A DNA stretch of 62,434 nt, counting the filler, from Chiloscyllium plagiosum (Eukaryota): the NCBI RefSeq assembly GCF_004010195.1. It is 4 parts of one record of this genome, joined end to end, with 100 filler letters (N's around TTAATTAATTAA, not from the genome) between each part and the next. Parts side by side here need not be neighbours in the genome. Positions count along the whole stretch, not along the records: positions 23,326 to 45,478 come from NC_057710.1; positions 45,579 to 59,456 come from NC_057710.1; 2 more parts are not named here. The stretch is one strand, 5' to 3'. The position numbers were made by a program, and so were the translations under genes. Every line of letters starts with the position of its first letter. The stretch's first letter is position 1. Positions 36,086-48,485 of the stretch are shown in pieces. A model generated the notes under the pieces. The model was not told the origin of the DNA and searched no databases. It was given only the letters and a program-made list of their open reading frames with translations.

Positions 36086-36651
36086 GAGGAGAAAGTGAGG
36101 TCTGCAGATGCTGGAGATCAGAGCTGAAAATGTGTTGCTGGAAAAGCGCAGCAGGTCAGGCAGCATCCAGAGAACAGGAGAATCGACGTTTCGGGCATAA
36201 GCCCTTCTTCAGGAATGAATAAAGTGTGCCCAGCAGGCTAAGATAAAAGGTAGGGAGGAGGGACTTGGGGGAGGGGCGTCGGAAATGTGATAGGTGGAAA
36301 GAGGTCAAGGTGAGGGTGATAGGTCAGACTGGGATGGGGGCGGAGAGGTCGGGAAGAAGATTGCAGGTTAGGAAGGCGGTGCTGAAACCGCAGGAGGTGC
36401 AAGACTTGCGCCCTCACCTCCCTCCAAGGCCCCAAAGGAGACTTCCATATCCGCCACAGATTCACCTGCACCTCCACACACATCCATCTATTGCATCCTC
36501 TGCACCGATGTGGCCTCCTCTATATTGGGGAGATAGGCCGGCTACTTGCGGAGCGTTTCAGAGAACACCTCTGGGACACCCGGACCAACCAACCCAACCA
36601 CCCTGTGGCTCAACATTTCAATTCCCCCTCCCACTCCACCAAGGATATCCA
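36086..36651. mobile_element. Rearranged Neptune-type PLE piece (terminal repeat on -, GIY-YIG on +)
   Basis: Intact hammerhead core on - at 36185-36212; CGLLYIGEIGRLLAERFREH on +; 14-bp TSD ACTCCAAGGTCCTT at 36072-36085 and 36652-36665. Confidence 0.88.
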
Positions 36652-36669
36652 ACTCCAAGGTCCTTACCT

Positions 36670-37243
36670 TGATACAGTTATACAAGACTTAGTGAGGCCA
36701 CACTGGGAATACTGTTTGCAGTTCTGGTTTCTTTATCTGAGGAAGGATGTTCTTGCTATCAAGGGAATGAGGAGAGGGTTTACAAAATCAATTCCTGAGA
36801 TGGTAAGAGAGACATATGAGGAGAGTTTGAGTTGGTTAGGATTGTATTCAATGGAGTTTAGAAGAATGAAAAAGGATCGCATAGAAACCTATAAAATTCT
36901 AACAGGATTAGAAAAGGTAAACACAGGAAAGGTGTTCCTAACAACCGGGGAATCCAGAAGCAGGAGTCATAACTGAAGGATAAGGGGTAAACCTTTTATG
37001 ACTGAGATGAGGAGGAATTTCTTCACCCAGAGAGTGGTGAGCCTGTGGAATTCTCGACCACAGAAAGGACTTGAGGCCAAAATATTGTGCTTTCATGAAG
37101 GAGGTAGATATAGCTCATGGCCTAAAGGGATCAAGGGATATGGAGGGGAGGGCTATTGATAATCAGCTATGATCATAGTGAATGGTGCAGAAGGCTCGAA
37201 GGATCAAGTTGACTAATCTTGTTCCTATCTTCTATGTTTCTAT
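36670..37243 (+). mobile_element. CR1 LINE 3' end
   Basis: LVRPHWEYCLQFW and LGLYSMEFRRM; tail TTCTATGTTTCTAT. Confidence 0.85.
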
Positions 37244-37303
37244 AGTTATAAATTTGCATTCCAGTCGAACAATAGGTGAAACATTCTGCAAGCGTTAACT
37301 TAC

Positions 37304-37335
37304 TTCAATCACACTTAAAATGGAACATTGATTAT
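37304..37335 (-). CDS. Candidate 32-nt penultimate exon (xNQCSILSVIE) of the unidentified gene
   Basis: Consensus donor GAA|GTAAGT; NAGNAG acceptor AAGTAG| with an upstream CTAAC. Ends in phase 0, matching the 30593 exon, and sits in a non-repetitive island. Confidence 0.45.
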
Positions 37336-38400
37336 CTACTTAAATGAGTTAGGACTCTCTAAAGAATGGTGAAAATTAGTGGTTAATTAGGGTCTCATAA
37401 AATTAACCTTCAATAACTACAATAGTATTGCTGAAAAAGATTTTCACATTGCACTCATTAGGACAATTCACAAGAAAATCAATGTAAATCATACAGGAAT
37501 TACCTTCAAGTATGAATGACGGTCTCCCACGTGTTGACATCTATGTTGCATATCTTGAGGGATGCCTTCAGGAGTTTTTGAAATACTTTCTTCATTCTCT
37601 TGTTCGAGTGCCCTCCTTGATCTGGGCAAAGAAGATTTTCATTGGTAGTCAGAACTGAGACATCTTAAGCACGTGGCCAATCTAGTGGACATGGTTTTGG
37701 ATGATCATGACCTCATTGATGGTGCTGTTAGCTGCTTCAAGGATGCTGATATTAACATATCCATCCTCCCAGCTGATGCATAAAATCTGTCTCAAACAAT
37801 GTTTATGGTACTGTACGTAGTTCAAGTTTTAGAGCCATATAAAAGAGTCGGTAGGATAACTGGCTTAAACACAAATATTGGTATCAGCACAGATGTAATG
37901 ATCATTGAAAACCAAAGGCAGCACTTGCAGATTGGATGCTATATAAAATCTCTGCAGTGATTTCAACCTTGGATGAGAGGTAGCTTCACTGGTAGGGGAA
38001 GTGTTCCATCTTTGGTGGATTTTTCCATTGATCTTAATGGAGGGATGAACCAGAACCACACCTGGAATGTGTTGGTAAAGGATTTGAGTTTCTGGAGGTT
38101 GAGGCTGAGACCAACTTTTTGATGTTGTCTCCATTTTTGATGACAGTGGCAATGGTAACATCCATGCGATCAGCAGGGATTTTGTCTTTGTCCCAGGTGT
38201 TCAGGAATAAAAGATAGAGATAACAAGTAAGCTCTGCTCCTCTAATTTTGCAAATCTCCGCTGGAATCCAGTCTACTCCTGTAGCTTTTCCAATCTTATG
38301 TGTCAACTTCTGCCCACTAGGTGGGAGTCCAAGATCACCTTTGATGGATAGTTTGGGGATTTCCTCAAACACATCCTCATCTATGATTGTATCACGTTTC

Positions 38401-39575
38401 AGGATGGGTCCACTTTTGTTTGTCATTTATATAAATGATTTAGATGAGAATATAGAAAGTTTGCGGATAACACTAGGATGGGTGGTATAGTGGATAGTGA
38501 AGAAGGTTATCTAAGATTACAAAGAGATCTTAATCAATTGGGTCAATGGGCTAAAAAGTGGCAGATGGAGTTTAATTTGGATAACTGTGAGCTATTGCAT
38601 TTTGGTGAAACAAAAAAGGCAAGACTTATACACTTAAAAGTCAGGCCTTGGCTAGTGTTATAGAACAGAGAGATCTAGGGGTTCGTTCTTTGAAATTTGT
38701 ATCACATCTAAATTGGATGGTTCAAGAAGACATTTAGCCCACTTGCCTTCACTGCTCAGACCTTTGAGTATAGGAGTCGGGACATTATGTTGAGGTTGTA
38801 CAGGATGTTGGTGAGGCTCTTCTGGAGTACTTGTCTAGTTCTGTTCATCATGTTATAAGAAGGATATTATTAAGGTAGAGAGGGTTCAGAAGAGATTTTA
38901 CCAAGAACTTGCCGGGAATGGAGGGTTTAAGTTACAAGGAGAGGCTGGGACGTTTTTCACTGAAGTGTAGGAGGTTGAGAGGTGACCTTATAGGGGTTTA
39001 TAAAATCATGAGGGGTATAGATAAGATGAATGGCAGGTGGCTTTTCCCTAGGCTGAGGGATTTCAAGACAAAGCGGCCTATTTTTAAGGTAAATCAGAAA
39101 AGATAAGGGGCAATTTTTCTACACAGGGTGTGGTAAATATTTGGAATGAACTTCCAAGGGAAATGGTGAATGAAGATACAGTTGCAAAGTTTAAAAGACA
39201 TTTAGATAAGTACATGAATAGGCAATGTTTAAAGGGATATGGGCTAAGCATAAGCAGATAAGACTAGTTTAGTTTGGGATTATGGTCAGCATGTAGGGGA
39301 AAGTAAGGACTGCAGATGCTGGGGAATCAGAATCAAAAAGCATGGTGCTTGAAAAAGCGCAGCAGGTGAGGCAGCATCCGAGGAGCAGTAGAGTCAATAT
39401 TTCGGGCATAAGCCCTTCATCAGGAATAATGATGCTGAAGGGCTTATGCCAAAAACATCAACTTTCCTGCTCCTCAAATGCTGCCTGACCTGCTGTGCTT
39501 TTACCAGCACCATGCTTTTTGATTATGGTTGGACTGAAGCATCTGTGTTGTATGACTATGACTCTGTGACTCTAT
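38401..39575 (+). mobile_element. CR1 LINE 3' half nested in the RTE, with a fold-back PLE repeat at ~39295-39520
   Basis: GPLLFVIYINDLD, WAKKWQMEFN and RRLRGDLIGVYKIM; tail TATGACTATGACTCTGTGACTCTATGA. Confidence 0.85.
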
Positions 39576-40522
39576 GAGTTTATTCAAATGTTCTGTCTAT
39601 CAGAGGCTGCTTTTTTTTTCTCAAAAGGGTGATGTCCTATGTCTGCACCAGTTTGAACCCAAGGATGTTGGGTCCATATATTGCCTTGTTGGCACCAAAG
39701 AAGCCCTGTGCATCATGCATGGCAGTGTGGAGTTGCAGCTCCTTAGCTTTCTTAGTCTACCATTGGTTCTTGATTTCCCTAATTCTTATTTGTAACTTCA
39801 CCTTTGCTGTTTGATTGGTCCTCCTCTTTGCCTCAAAGATGTTGTTTTGCCAGGAATGGCGCACTTTCCTTTTCTTGTCCTTGAGGTCTTGGATGATGTG
39901 TTCATTCTGATTGAACCAGCCCTAATGTTCCCTGGCCTTGTAGCCAATGGTTTCTTCACAGCATGAGATAATGGCTGTCTTCAACTTCTTCCAGATTTCC
40001 TGTACTCCATTGAAATTAACTGTTTGGCGGTGTTGGTGAAGACAATCTGTTTGAAGTTTGCTATTCTATTCGGCTCATGAAGCCTTTTAATATTCATTTT
40101 TTTCTGATGTATTTCTTCATCGTTAGCTGTTTCGGGTGACATTTGTTAGACTTTGAGGAATGGATGAGATGGTGGTCTGTCCAGCATTCATCTGTACTGG
40201 TCATTGCTTTGGCAATGAGGACATTGTTTAGATCTTCGGATCAAAAGATGATGTAGTTGACCATGTGCCAGTGCTTTGATCATGGATGCTTTCTCGAAGT
40301 TTTGAACTTCTCTTCTGTCGAGCAGTGTGGTGCTGATTAACAGCTGGTGTTCCGCACATTTGGTAAGCAGGAGAATCCCGCTGGATTTCCAACTCCTTCC
40401 TTTTGAAAGGTTCCTTTCCAGATTTGGGTGTGTTTTCCATTCTAGCGTTGAAGTCTCCTAGGAAGTTAACTTAATCTCCATTAAGAATTTTGGTGAGTGT
40501 GGTATCCAAGATGAAGTAGAAG

Positions 40523-40740
40523 TTGAAATGTGTGGCACTGGGAAAGCACAGCAGGGCAGGCAGCATCCAAGGGACAGGAGAGTTGATGTTTTGGGCATAA
40601 GCCCTTCATTCCTGATGAAAGGCTTATGCCCAAAAAGTCGACTCTCCTGCTTCTCAGATGCTGCCTGACCTGCTCTGCTTTCCCAGTGCCACACATTTTG
40701 ACTCTGATTCTCCAGCATCTGCAGTCCTCACCTTCTTCAG
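40523..40740. mobile_element. Fold-back PLE terminal repeat (family A, degenerate)
   Basis: Inverted arms centred on two head-to-head decayed hammerheads; AAGTAGAAG flanks both sides. Confidence 0.8.
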
Positions 40741-41383
40741 GGTAAAGTAGAAGCCTTCTTTGGATTCATCTGCAACATCAAGGTTTGGAGCACAGGTTGT
40801 CACAACCATTTATCACTGGTTCATGGCAAATTATAGACAGAGAGTCATGAAAGGCATCGTTGATGCTAGCAGTTAGCTCCAGTGAATCTACTTCCATGCA
40901 TCCTGGATTGATCCCTGGCTTTTCCTGTCCACTCCTTCCTTCAGCTGCTCTTTGCCTGCTCTTTGAAACTCCTTCAGGGCGGTGATATAATATTGAAGTG
41001 CCTGAGGTCACCAGCTACAAGGATTGTTCTTCATTCCAGGCAATTCTTTTTGCTAATTATCCATTAGGGTGCGCATATTCCAGGTTCGGAGATTGAGTTT
41101 CACTTTGGTTTTCAGACTGTAGGTTGATGAGCCTGCTGGGCGTGGTTTTCCAGCCAGGTTAGTGATAGAACAGACTATTTTTTTTAGGTATCTTTGCCAG
41201 TCCCTTACAATGCAGGGGTGAACAGAGTAGATCGTGAAGAGGACTGCTCATTGACAAAGAAAATAACCAAAACACTCTTTCTGTTTCTATTCCAAGAACA
41301 AAATAACTGAGTCAAACTCTGCCACCTACGTGCTCATCCAAAACTAGGGTCTTTAGATCTCACAATCCTATCCCCATCAACAC

Positions 41384-41386
<3 letters not shown>

Positions 41387-41422
<36 letters not shown>
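41387..41422. repeat. (GT)18 microsatellite
   Basis: Seen directly. Confidence 0.97.
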
Positions 41423-41423
<1 letters not shown>

Positions 41424-41769
41424 ATCTTTTAACATGGAAATGCAGTTCCACATCAGTAGATACATGGTCCTTGACAGAAGGTGGATCTGGTTCCAGTGGT
41501 GAGGAAACTGGGTATCTCCATCTTGCTGCAGACTTCATCTGCTGTCACAGCCATGATATTACAGAAATATTATGTCTATATCCCTCTGTAGGCTCTTTGT
41601 GACATCCTCACCACTTGCCTTCCCGCCTATTTCCTCATCAAAAAGCAGTTTTTTGGGGCAACTTCTACACCTCTTTTAAAGCATTATTTGCCATTACTTC
41701 TCTGATCATACTTACATATTAAAACATTTATATTTTAATTTACTGAACCTGGTCTCATTTTAAAACAGG

Positions 41770-43670
41770 CTAATTTTGACAGTATTAGGCAAGAACTTTC
41801 AAAAGCTGTTTGGGGGCAAATATTCATAGGTAAAGGGACAGCCTTCAGAAATGAGATAATGAGAGTCCAGAGAAAGTATATTCCTGTTAGGGTGAAAGGG
41901 AAAGCTGACAGGTGTAGGGAGATCTGGATGACGAAAGAAATTGAGAGTTTGGTTAAGAAAAAGAAGGAAGCATATGTCAGGTATAGACAGGATAGATCGA
42001 GTGAATCCTTAGCTGAGTATAAAGGCAGTAGGAGTATACTTAAGAGGGAAATCAGGAGGGCAGAAAAGGTGACATGAGATAGCTTTGGCAGATAGAGTTA
42101 CGGAGAATACAAAGGGTTTTTACAAATACATTATGGACAACAGGGTAACTAGGGAGAGAATAGGGCCCCATAACGATCAGCAAGCCGGCCTTTGTCTGGA
42201 GCCGCAGGAGATGGGGAGATACTGCACAAGAATTTTGCATCAGTGTTTAATGTGGAAAAGGACATGGAAGGTACAGAATGTGGGAAAATTGATGGTGACA
42301 TCTTGAAAAATGTCCGTATTACAAAGAAGGTGGTGCTGGATGTCTTGAAACGCATAAAAGTGGATAAATCTCTAGGACCTGATCAGGTGTACCCTAGAAC
42401 TCTGTGGGAAGCAAGGGAAGTGATTGCTAGGCTCCTCACTGAGATATTTGTATCATCGATAGTCACAAGTGAGGTGCCGGAAGACTGCCGGAGGTTAGCT
42501 AACATGGTGCCACTGTTTAAGAAAGGTGGTAAAAAAAACCAAGGAACTGGAGACCGGTGAGCCTGACCCCAGTGGTGGGCAAGTTGTTGGAGGGAATCCT
42601 GAGGATTTATATGTATTTGGAAAAGGAAGGACTGATTAGGGATAGTCAGCATTGCTTTGTGTGTGGGAAGTTATGTCTCACAAACTTGATTTAGTTTTTT
42701 GAAGAAGTAACAAAGAGGATTGATGAGGGCAGAGCAGTAGATGTGTTCTATATGGACTTCAGTAAGGCATTCGACAAGGTTCCCCATGGGAGACTGGTTA
42801 GCAAGGTTAGATCTCACGGAATACAGGGAGAACTAGCCATCTGGATACAGAACTGGCTGAAACGTAGAAGACAGAGGGTGGTGGTGAAGGGTTGTTTTTC
42901 AGACTGGAGGCCTGTGACCAGAGGAATGCCACAAGGATCAGTGCTGGGTCCACTGCTTTTCATTTGTATAAACGATTTGGATGTGAACATAGGAGGTATA
43001 GTTAGTAAGTTTGCAGAGGACACCAAAATTGGAGGTGTAGTGGACAGCAAAGAAGGTTACGTCAGAGTACAACAGGATCTTGATCAGATAGGCCAATGGG
43101 CTGAGGAGTGGCAGATAGCGTTTAATTCAGATAAATGTGAGATGCTGCATTTTGGGAAAGCAAATCTTAACAGGACTTATACACTTAATGGTAAGGTTCT
43201 GGGAGTGTTGCTGAACGAAGAAATCTTGGAGTGCAGGTTCATAGCTCCTTGAAAGTGGAATCACAGGTAGATAGGATAGAGAAGAAGATGTTTGGTATGC
43301 TTTCCTTTCTTGGTCAGAGATTTGAGTACAGGGGTTGGGAGGTCATGTTGTGGCTGTACAGGTCATTGGTTAGGCCGCTTTATGGAATATTGCATGCAAT
43401 TTTGGTCTCCTTCCTATCGGAAGGATGTTGTGAAAATTGAAAGGATTCAGAAAAGATTTACAAGGATTTTGCCAGGGTTGGAGGATTTGAGCCATAGGGA
43501 GAGGTTCAATAGGCTGGTGCTGTTTTCCCTGGAGCGTCGAAGGCTGACGGGTGACTTCATAGACGTTTATAAAATCATGAGGGGCATGGATAGGATAATT
43601 AGACAAAGTCTTTTCCCTGGCGTGGGGGAGTCCAGAACTAGAGGGCATAAGTTTAGGGTGAGAGGGGAAA
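41770..43670 (+). mobile_element. CR1 (HER1-like) LINE ORF2, frameshifted
   Basis: YMDFSKAFDKVPH, GMPQGSVLGPLLF and SKFAEDTK; same family as 22130-23225. Confidence 0.93.
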
Positions 43671-43679
43671 GAGAGCTGA

Positions 43680-45145
43680 GGATTCTGCATAATCCAAAAT
43701 GGAAGACAGGAAAAAATGTGGATAATCCAAGATGGCCAATGGGAAAAATTTCTGGCTGTAACAGCTGCTCCTTTTTTGTGGTATTTTAGGTGTTGGAGGT
43801 GATTTCCTCAAATTCCAGGAGCAGCAATTCCTGTTTTATATGCTGTTGCATTGTTTTGGAAATTCGGAGAAAACAAAAGTCAAAACAACAGCAGTTTTAA
43901 AAGGGAGAGGAACAGACAAAGGAAGCACATGGTGAGGTCAGTGCAAGACAGAGAGAGTGAAAGAAACTGACAGAGCAGTGAACCTGCACAGTTACTGCCT
44001 TTGCTGTTTGAATTCATGTATCGCTGGACATCGGAGGGTGTCTGGAAAAATTAACAAATAGTGAAATTCTCAACTCTTTGGAAGAGGTCACAGCACAGAA
44101 ACAGAAGTGAATATTTAAGTGTGGCCTTACAATAAGTCTGCAGTAGTGAGTAGAGTGAGTTCTTTCTTGATTATATGTTTTATTGAGATATGTCTCTTGA
44201 TTAAAATTAAAATATCAGCCAGAAGGATTAATTTAACCTGGAGCAATGTTTTGTAGAGGAATGAGACAGGGTTAGTTTCTGGGTCTGCAGATTGTGAAGG
44301 AGCAAAAATGGCGTTTAGTAGAGTGATATGCTCTTCCTGTCGGATGTGGGAGTTTAGGGAGAGTTTACGGGTTACTGAGGATTATATCTGCAATAAATGC
44401 CGTTGGTTGAGAATCATATCAGATCGAATGAATCAGTTGGAGAGACAGTTAGAGACAATGAGGAATTTACAAGAGCAAGGTGATGTGATGGATGGCAGTT
44501 ATAGGAAGGGGGAAATTTGCAGATACAGTCACATAGATAGGTTAACTCCAGGAAAGGTAAGAGAGGTAGGCAGTTGGTGCAGGAGTCTTCTGTGGCTGTC
44601 CCCATTTCAAAAAAGTATGCTGCTTTGGAAAATGTAGGGGGTGATGGATTCTCAGGGAAACGTAGCACGAACAGCCAAGTCTCTGGTATTGAGACTGGCT
44701 CTAATGCAATGAGGGGTACGTCGGGTTCCAAGAGATTGATTGTGTTAGGGGACTCTCTAGTCTGAGGTACAGATAGACGTTTCTGTGGCCAGCAGTGCGA
44801 AATCAGAATGGTGTGATGCTTCCCTGGCGCCAGGATCAAGGATATCTCAGAGAGGGTGCAGAATGTTCTCACGGGGGGAGTGGGGCCAGCAGGAGGTCAT
44901 TGTACACATTGGAACCAATGACATAGGAAGGAAAAAGATTGAGATTCTGAAGGGAGATTATACAGAGTTAGGCAGGAATTTTAAAAAGGAGATCCTCAAG
45001 AGTAGTAATATCTGGATTACTCCCGGTGCTAGTGAGGGAAGGAATAGGAGGATAGAGCAGATGAGTACATAGCTGAGGAGCTGGTGTAAGGGAGAAGGAT
45101 TCACATTTTTGGATCATTGGAATCTCTTTTGGGGTAGAACTGACC
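43680..45145 (+). mobile_element. CR1 LINE 5'UTR and ORF1 (Cys-rich finger, coiled coil, SGNH esterase)
   Basis: CSSCRMWEF...YICNKC, LIVLGDSLV and VIVHIGTNDIG; disrupted by stops and frameshifts. Confidence 0.8.
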
Positions 45146-45146
45146 T

Positions 45147-45478
45147 AGAGTCATAGAGATGTATAGCATGGAAACAAACCCTTCGGTCCAACCCATCCAT
45201 GCTGACCAGATATCCCAACCCAATCTAGTCACACCTGCCAGCACCCGGCCCATATCCCTCCAAACCCTTCCTATTCATATTCCCATCCAAATGCCTCTTA
45301 AATGTTGCAATTGTACCAGCCTCCACCACATCCTCTGGCAGCTCATTCCATACATGTACCACCCTCTGCGTGAAAAAGTTGCCCCTTAGGTCTCTTTTAT
45401 ATCTTTCCCCTCTCACCCTAAACCTATGCCCTCTAGTTCTGGACTCCCTGACCCCAGGGAAAAGACTTTGTCTATTTA
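45147..45478 (-). mobile_element. CR1 (HER1-like) LINE 3' end
   Basis: RGNFFTQRVVHVWNELPEDVVEAGTI and tail. Confidence 0.92.
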
Positions 45479-45578
45479 NNNNNNNNNNNNNNNNNNNNNN
45501 NNNNNNNNNNNNNNNNNNNNNNTTAATTAATTAANNNNNNNNNNNNNNNNNNNNNNNNNNNNNNNNNNNNNNNNNNNN
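45479..45578. other. Artificial assembly linker
   Basis: N-run, TTAATTAATTAA, N-run; 100 nt. Confidence 0.95.
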
Positions 45579-45945
45579 GAATGTATGTGGGGAGTTCCTG
45601 GACTAGGGGGGATGGACAGTGTCGAGGTAGGTAGAGATGAGTTCAGTGGGGCAGGAGCATGCTGAGACAATGGGTTGGCCAGGGTGGTCAGGCTTGTGGA
45701 TCTTGGGAAGGAGGGCAATGCGGGGTTCCCGGACTATGAGGTTGGAAGCTGTGGGTGGGAGATCTCCTGAGGTGATGAAGTTCTGTATGGTCTGAGAGAT
45801 GATGTTTTGGTGATGGGGGTGGGGTCATGGTCGAGGGGGCGGTAGGAAGAGGTGTCCTCGAGTTGGCGTTTGGCTTCAGCGGTGTAGAGGTCAGTGCGCC
45901 AGACTACCACTGCGCCTCCTTTATCCGCTGGCTTGATGGTGAGAT
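45579..45945 (-). mobile_element. Neptune-type PLE RT N-terminal fragment
   Basis: Similar to 50220-50365 (TIKPADKGGAVVVW region). Confidence 0.8.
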
Positions 45946-46049
45946 CGGGATACCACCAATAATCTTTGAAAAGTGTTGGCCTTCTTGTTTATATTGTATT
46001 TACAGAACAGAGTCAGGTATTTCTGAATAACAGGTCCATGCCATGACTA

Positions 46050-46750
46050 AACTCTGTATGAGCCTCCTCACATCCTCTGACATATCCTTCTATTTTTTTT
46101 CCCCTTCATGTGTTTATCCAGCTTCCTCTTAACTGCATCTATGCTGATCACCTCAATTGCTATTTATATGTTCAGCAGTCTGAGATATTTTCTAAAATAA
46201 AATCTTCCTCATCTTGGTCTTAAATCGGTGACCTCTTAACCTGAGATTGTGCCTCTGGTCTTAGATTCTCCCACAAGGGAAAATAACCCCTCTGCATCCA
46301 CCCTCTCAACCCCCTAAGAAACTTATTTGTTTCAATAAGGTCACCTCTCATTCTTCTAAACTTCAATCAGCACAAGCCCAATCTGCTCAACTCTTGTGAT
46401 AAGAAAATCCCTCCATATTCAGAATCAACCTGGTGAACATTTTTTGGACTGCCTCCAACGCCAATATATCTTCCCACAGATAAAGAACCCAAAATGGTTC
46501 ACAATACTCCAGGTGTAGTCTGACTAGTACCTGAATAGTTTTAGCAAGATTTCCCTATTTTTATAGGCCATTCCCTTTGAAATAAAGGCCAACATCCCAT
46601 TTGCCTTCTCTAATATCTGATGAACTTGAATGCTAATGTTTTGTGATTCATGCGAGGGAACTCCCCAGACCTTTTGTTCTGCAGCTTTTGCAGTCTTTTT
46701 TTTCATTTAAATAATCAACTCCTCTATACATTCTGAAAAAGTGCAATGTA
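46050..46750 (-). mobile_element. Decayed CR1 LINE 3' fragments
   Basis: EKANGMLAFISKGMAYKNREILL. Confidence 0.75.
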
Positions 46751-46755
46751 GTGAT

Positions 46756-48240
46756 TGTAACCAGGTCAGCCAGGTGGACATCATAGAATATGAGTTCCCT
46801 GATTGGGGCTGTTAACCTGGTCCAATCAGGGAGCCCTAGCTGACAGAGACAAACAGTAGTGTCAGAGCTTCTGTTCACTCTGAGAGCCGGCTCTGAGGAA
46901 ACTGGATCAGTGTCAGGTACTGTGCACGTGTAAATAAAGGGTAACTTGGTGATAGGATATCAGCCTCTAAAGAGTCATTTCAGTGGCGACGAAAGTGGGA
47001 TTAATGATGTAACCATGCAACGTGTCTACTAGCTGAAGCCCAACTGGACTTCAAACAGGCACTGCAATTGGCTTTATCATTAGAAAATATGGCAAGTGGA
47101 GCATATGAGTTACAGGAGAAAGTGAGGACTGCAGATGCTGGAGATCAGAGCTGAAAATGTGTTGCTGGAAAAGCGCAGCAGGTCAGGCAGCATCTAAGGA
47201 ACAGGAGAATCGACGTTTTGGGCATAAGCCCTTCTTCAGGAATGAGGAAAGTGTGTCCAGCAGGCTTAGCTGTTCCTTAGATGCTGCCTGATCTGCTGCG
47301 CTTTTCCAGCAACACATTTTCAGCATATGAGTTACAGGGTAGGCCAATGGATGTGGACACCGTCAACAGTCCAACTGAGCTTGGGGGACACCACTTGAGT
47401 GAAAGCAGTTGCGTAGCCTCACTCAGGATATATCCTGAACAGCAGGATTGTAGATTAGCCCATGGCAAAATCCCAAAAAAAAGCTAAGCTTTGGCCAAAT
47501 GGGTTACATTTTCTTCAGGATCTGGGCTGGCATGCCATTATAGTTTCTGCCAGTATGTGAACTGAGACAGCAAAAGAATCCCATTGGGCTGAATTGAGAA
47601 ACAGAACTCATAGGCCGGTATCCAAGAGAGTGCACACCCAGGAAAGTCCACCTACATCTGGTTTGGAGCAGTTAAATTGCTTAGCAATATCCAAACCAGA
47701 ACCAATCAAAATAAACGTCTGGTTAAATGGTCACCTGGTTCTAACGGAGGTTGTTACTGGCACGGCTATATCAGTGATTGCAGAATCACTCTTGAACAAA
47801 ATTCAGCCTGGACTCCAGCCCTTAGATTCATGTAAGACCTTGGCTAGATTGAAAACGTATATCAGGGAATGTTTACAGATTAAGAGTACAACTTCAGTTC
47901 TGGTCTCATACAAGAAGCAGCTGATTCAGTTACCACTGATGGTAATTAAAGGTTAGGCCCAAGCCTGATGGGGTTAAATTGGTTGAGAAAGATTCACCTT
48001 GATTGGCTCCACATTTTCTTGATTAGTAAATGGCTGCCTGAGTGAAGTCCTAATTAAATACCCAGACATTTTTTCAGAAAGCTCTAGGGGCTATCAAAGG
48101 AGCCAAGCCCATCTTGTTTGTTGATCAGGAAGTAATTCCATGATTCTGCAAGGCCTGCCAAGTATTATTTGGCTTATGGGCAAAAGTAGAGGCAGAATTC
48201 AGAGGCTGGAAAGCAAAGCAATCACCAAACCAGTCTAGTT
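46756..48240 (+). mobile_element. Gypsy-type LTR retrotransposon relic: 5' LTR, PBS, gag remnant and protease
   Basis: TG...CA LTR at 46756-46982 with internal AATAAA; PBS-like TGGCGACGA at 46984; degenerate aspartic protease INVWLNGHLVLTEVVTGTAISVI. Confidence 0.75.
47117..47321. mobile_element. Fold-back PLE terminal-repeat insertion inside the Gypsy relic
   Basis: 17-bp TSD AGCATATGAGTTACAGG at 47100-47116 and 47322-47338; hammerhead on - at ~47212-47239. Confidence 0.9.
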
Positions 48241-48485
48241 TCGTACTGTGGTAGTTTGGTAATTTTCCACTTTGCTGGGGAGGTGCCAGTGCTGTAGCAG
48301 TACAGGAACAGCTTGGCTAGGAGTGTGGTAGAGGATGGGAATAATTATGAACCCTTTTCCTCCAGTGAATTGTTTACCATCCAGCAACATTCACAGGAGG
48401 ATGGGGCAGGGCTGACCAGCTGGAATCCATCCTCTCACATTTTATGTGCTCTCTGCTAATTGATACATGGCTCAGGTAACAATCA

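Larger units (their letters stand above)
37505..41240 (-). mobile_element. Decayed RTE-clade LINE with nested CR1 and PLE repeats
   Basis: On -: endonuclease start TWNMRTLMD (~41060-41088), GKATGVDWIPAEI, and ASLKICNIDVNTWET near the 3' end. Confidence 0.75.

Noticed and set aside
41711..41750. Additional minus-strand exon with GTAAGT donor
   Set aside because: There is a stop in the phase needed to join the 37335 exon, and the acceptor context is poor.
12660..45478. SLC30A9 terminal exons expected from BEND4 synteny
   Set aside because: I could not find the recalled C-terminal peptide on the minus strand; the reading was manual and could miss short exons.
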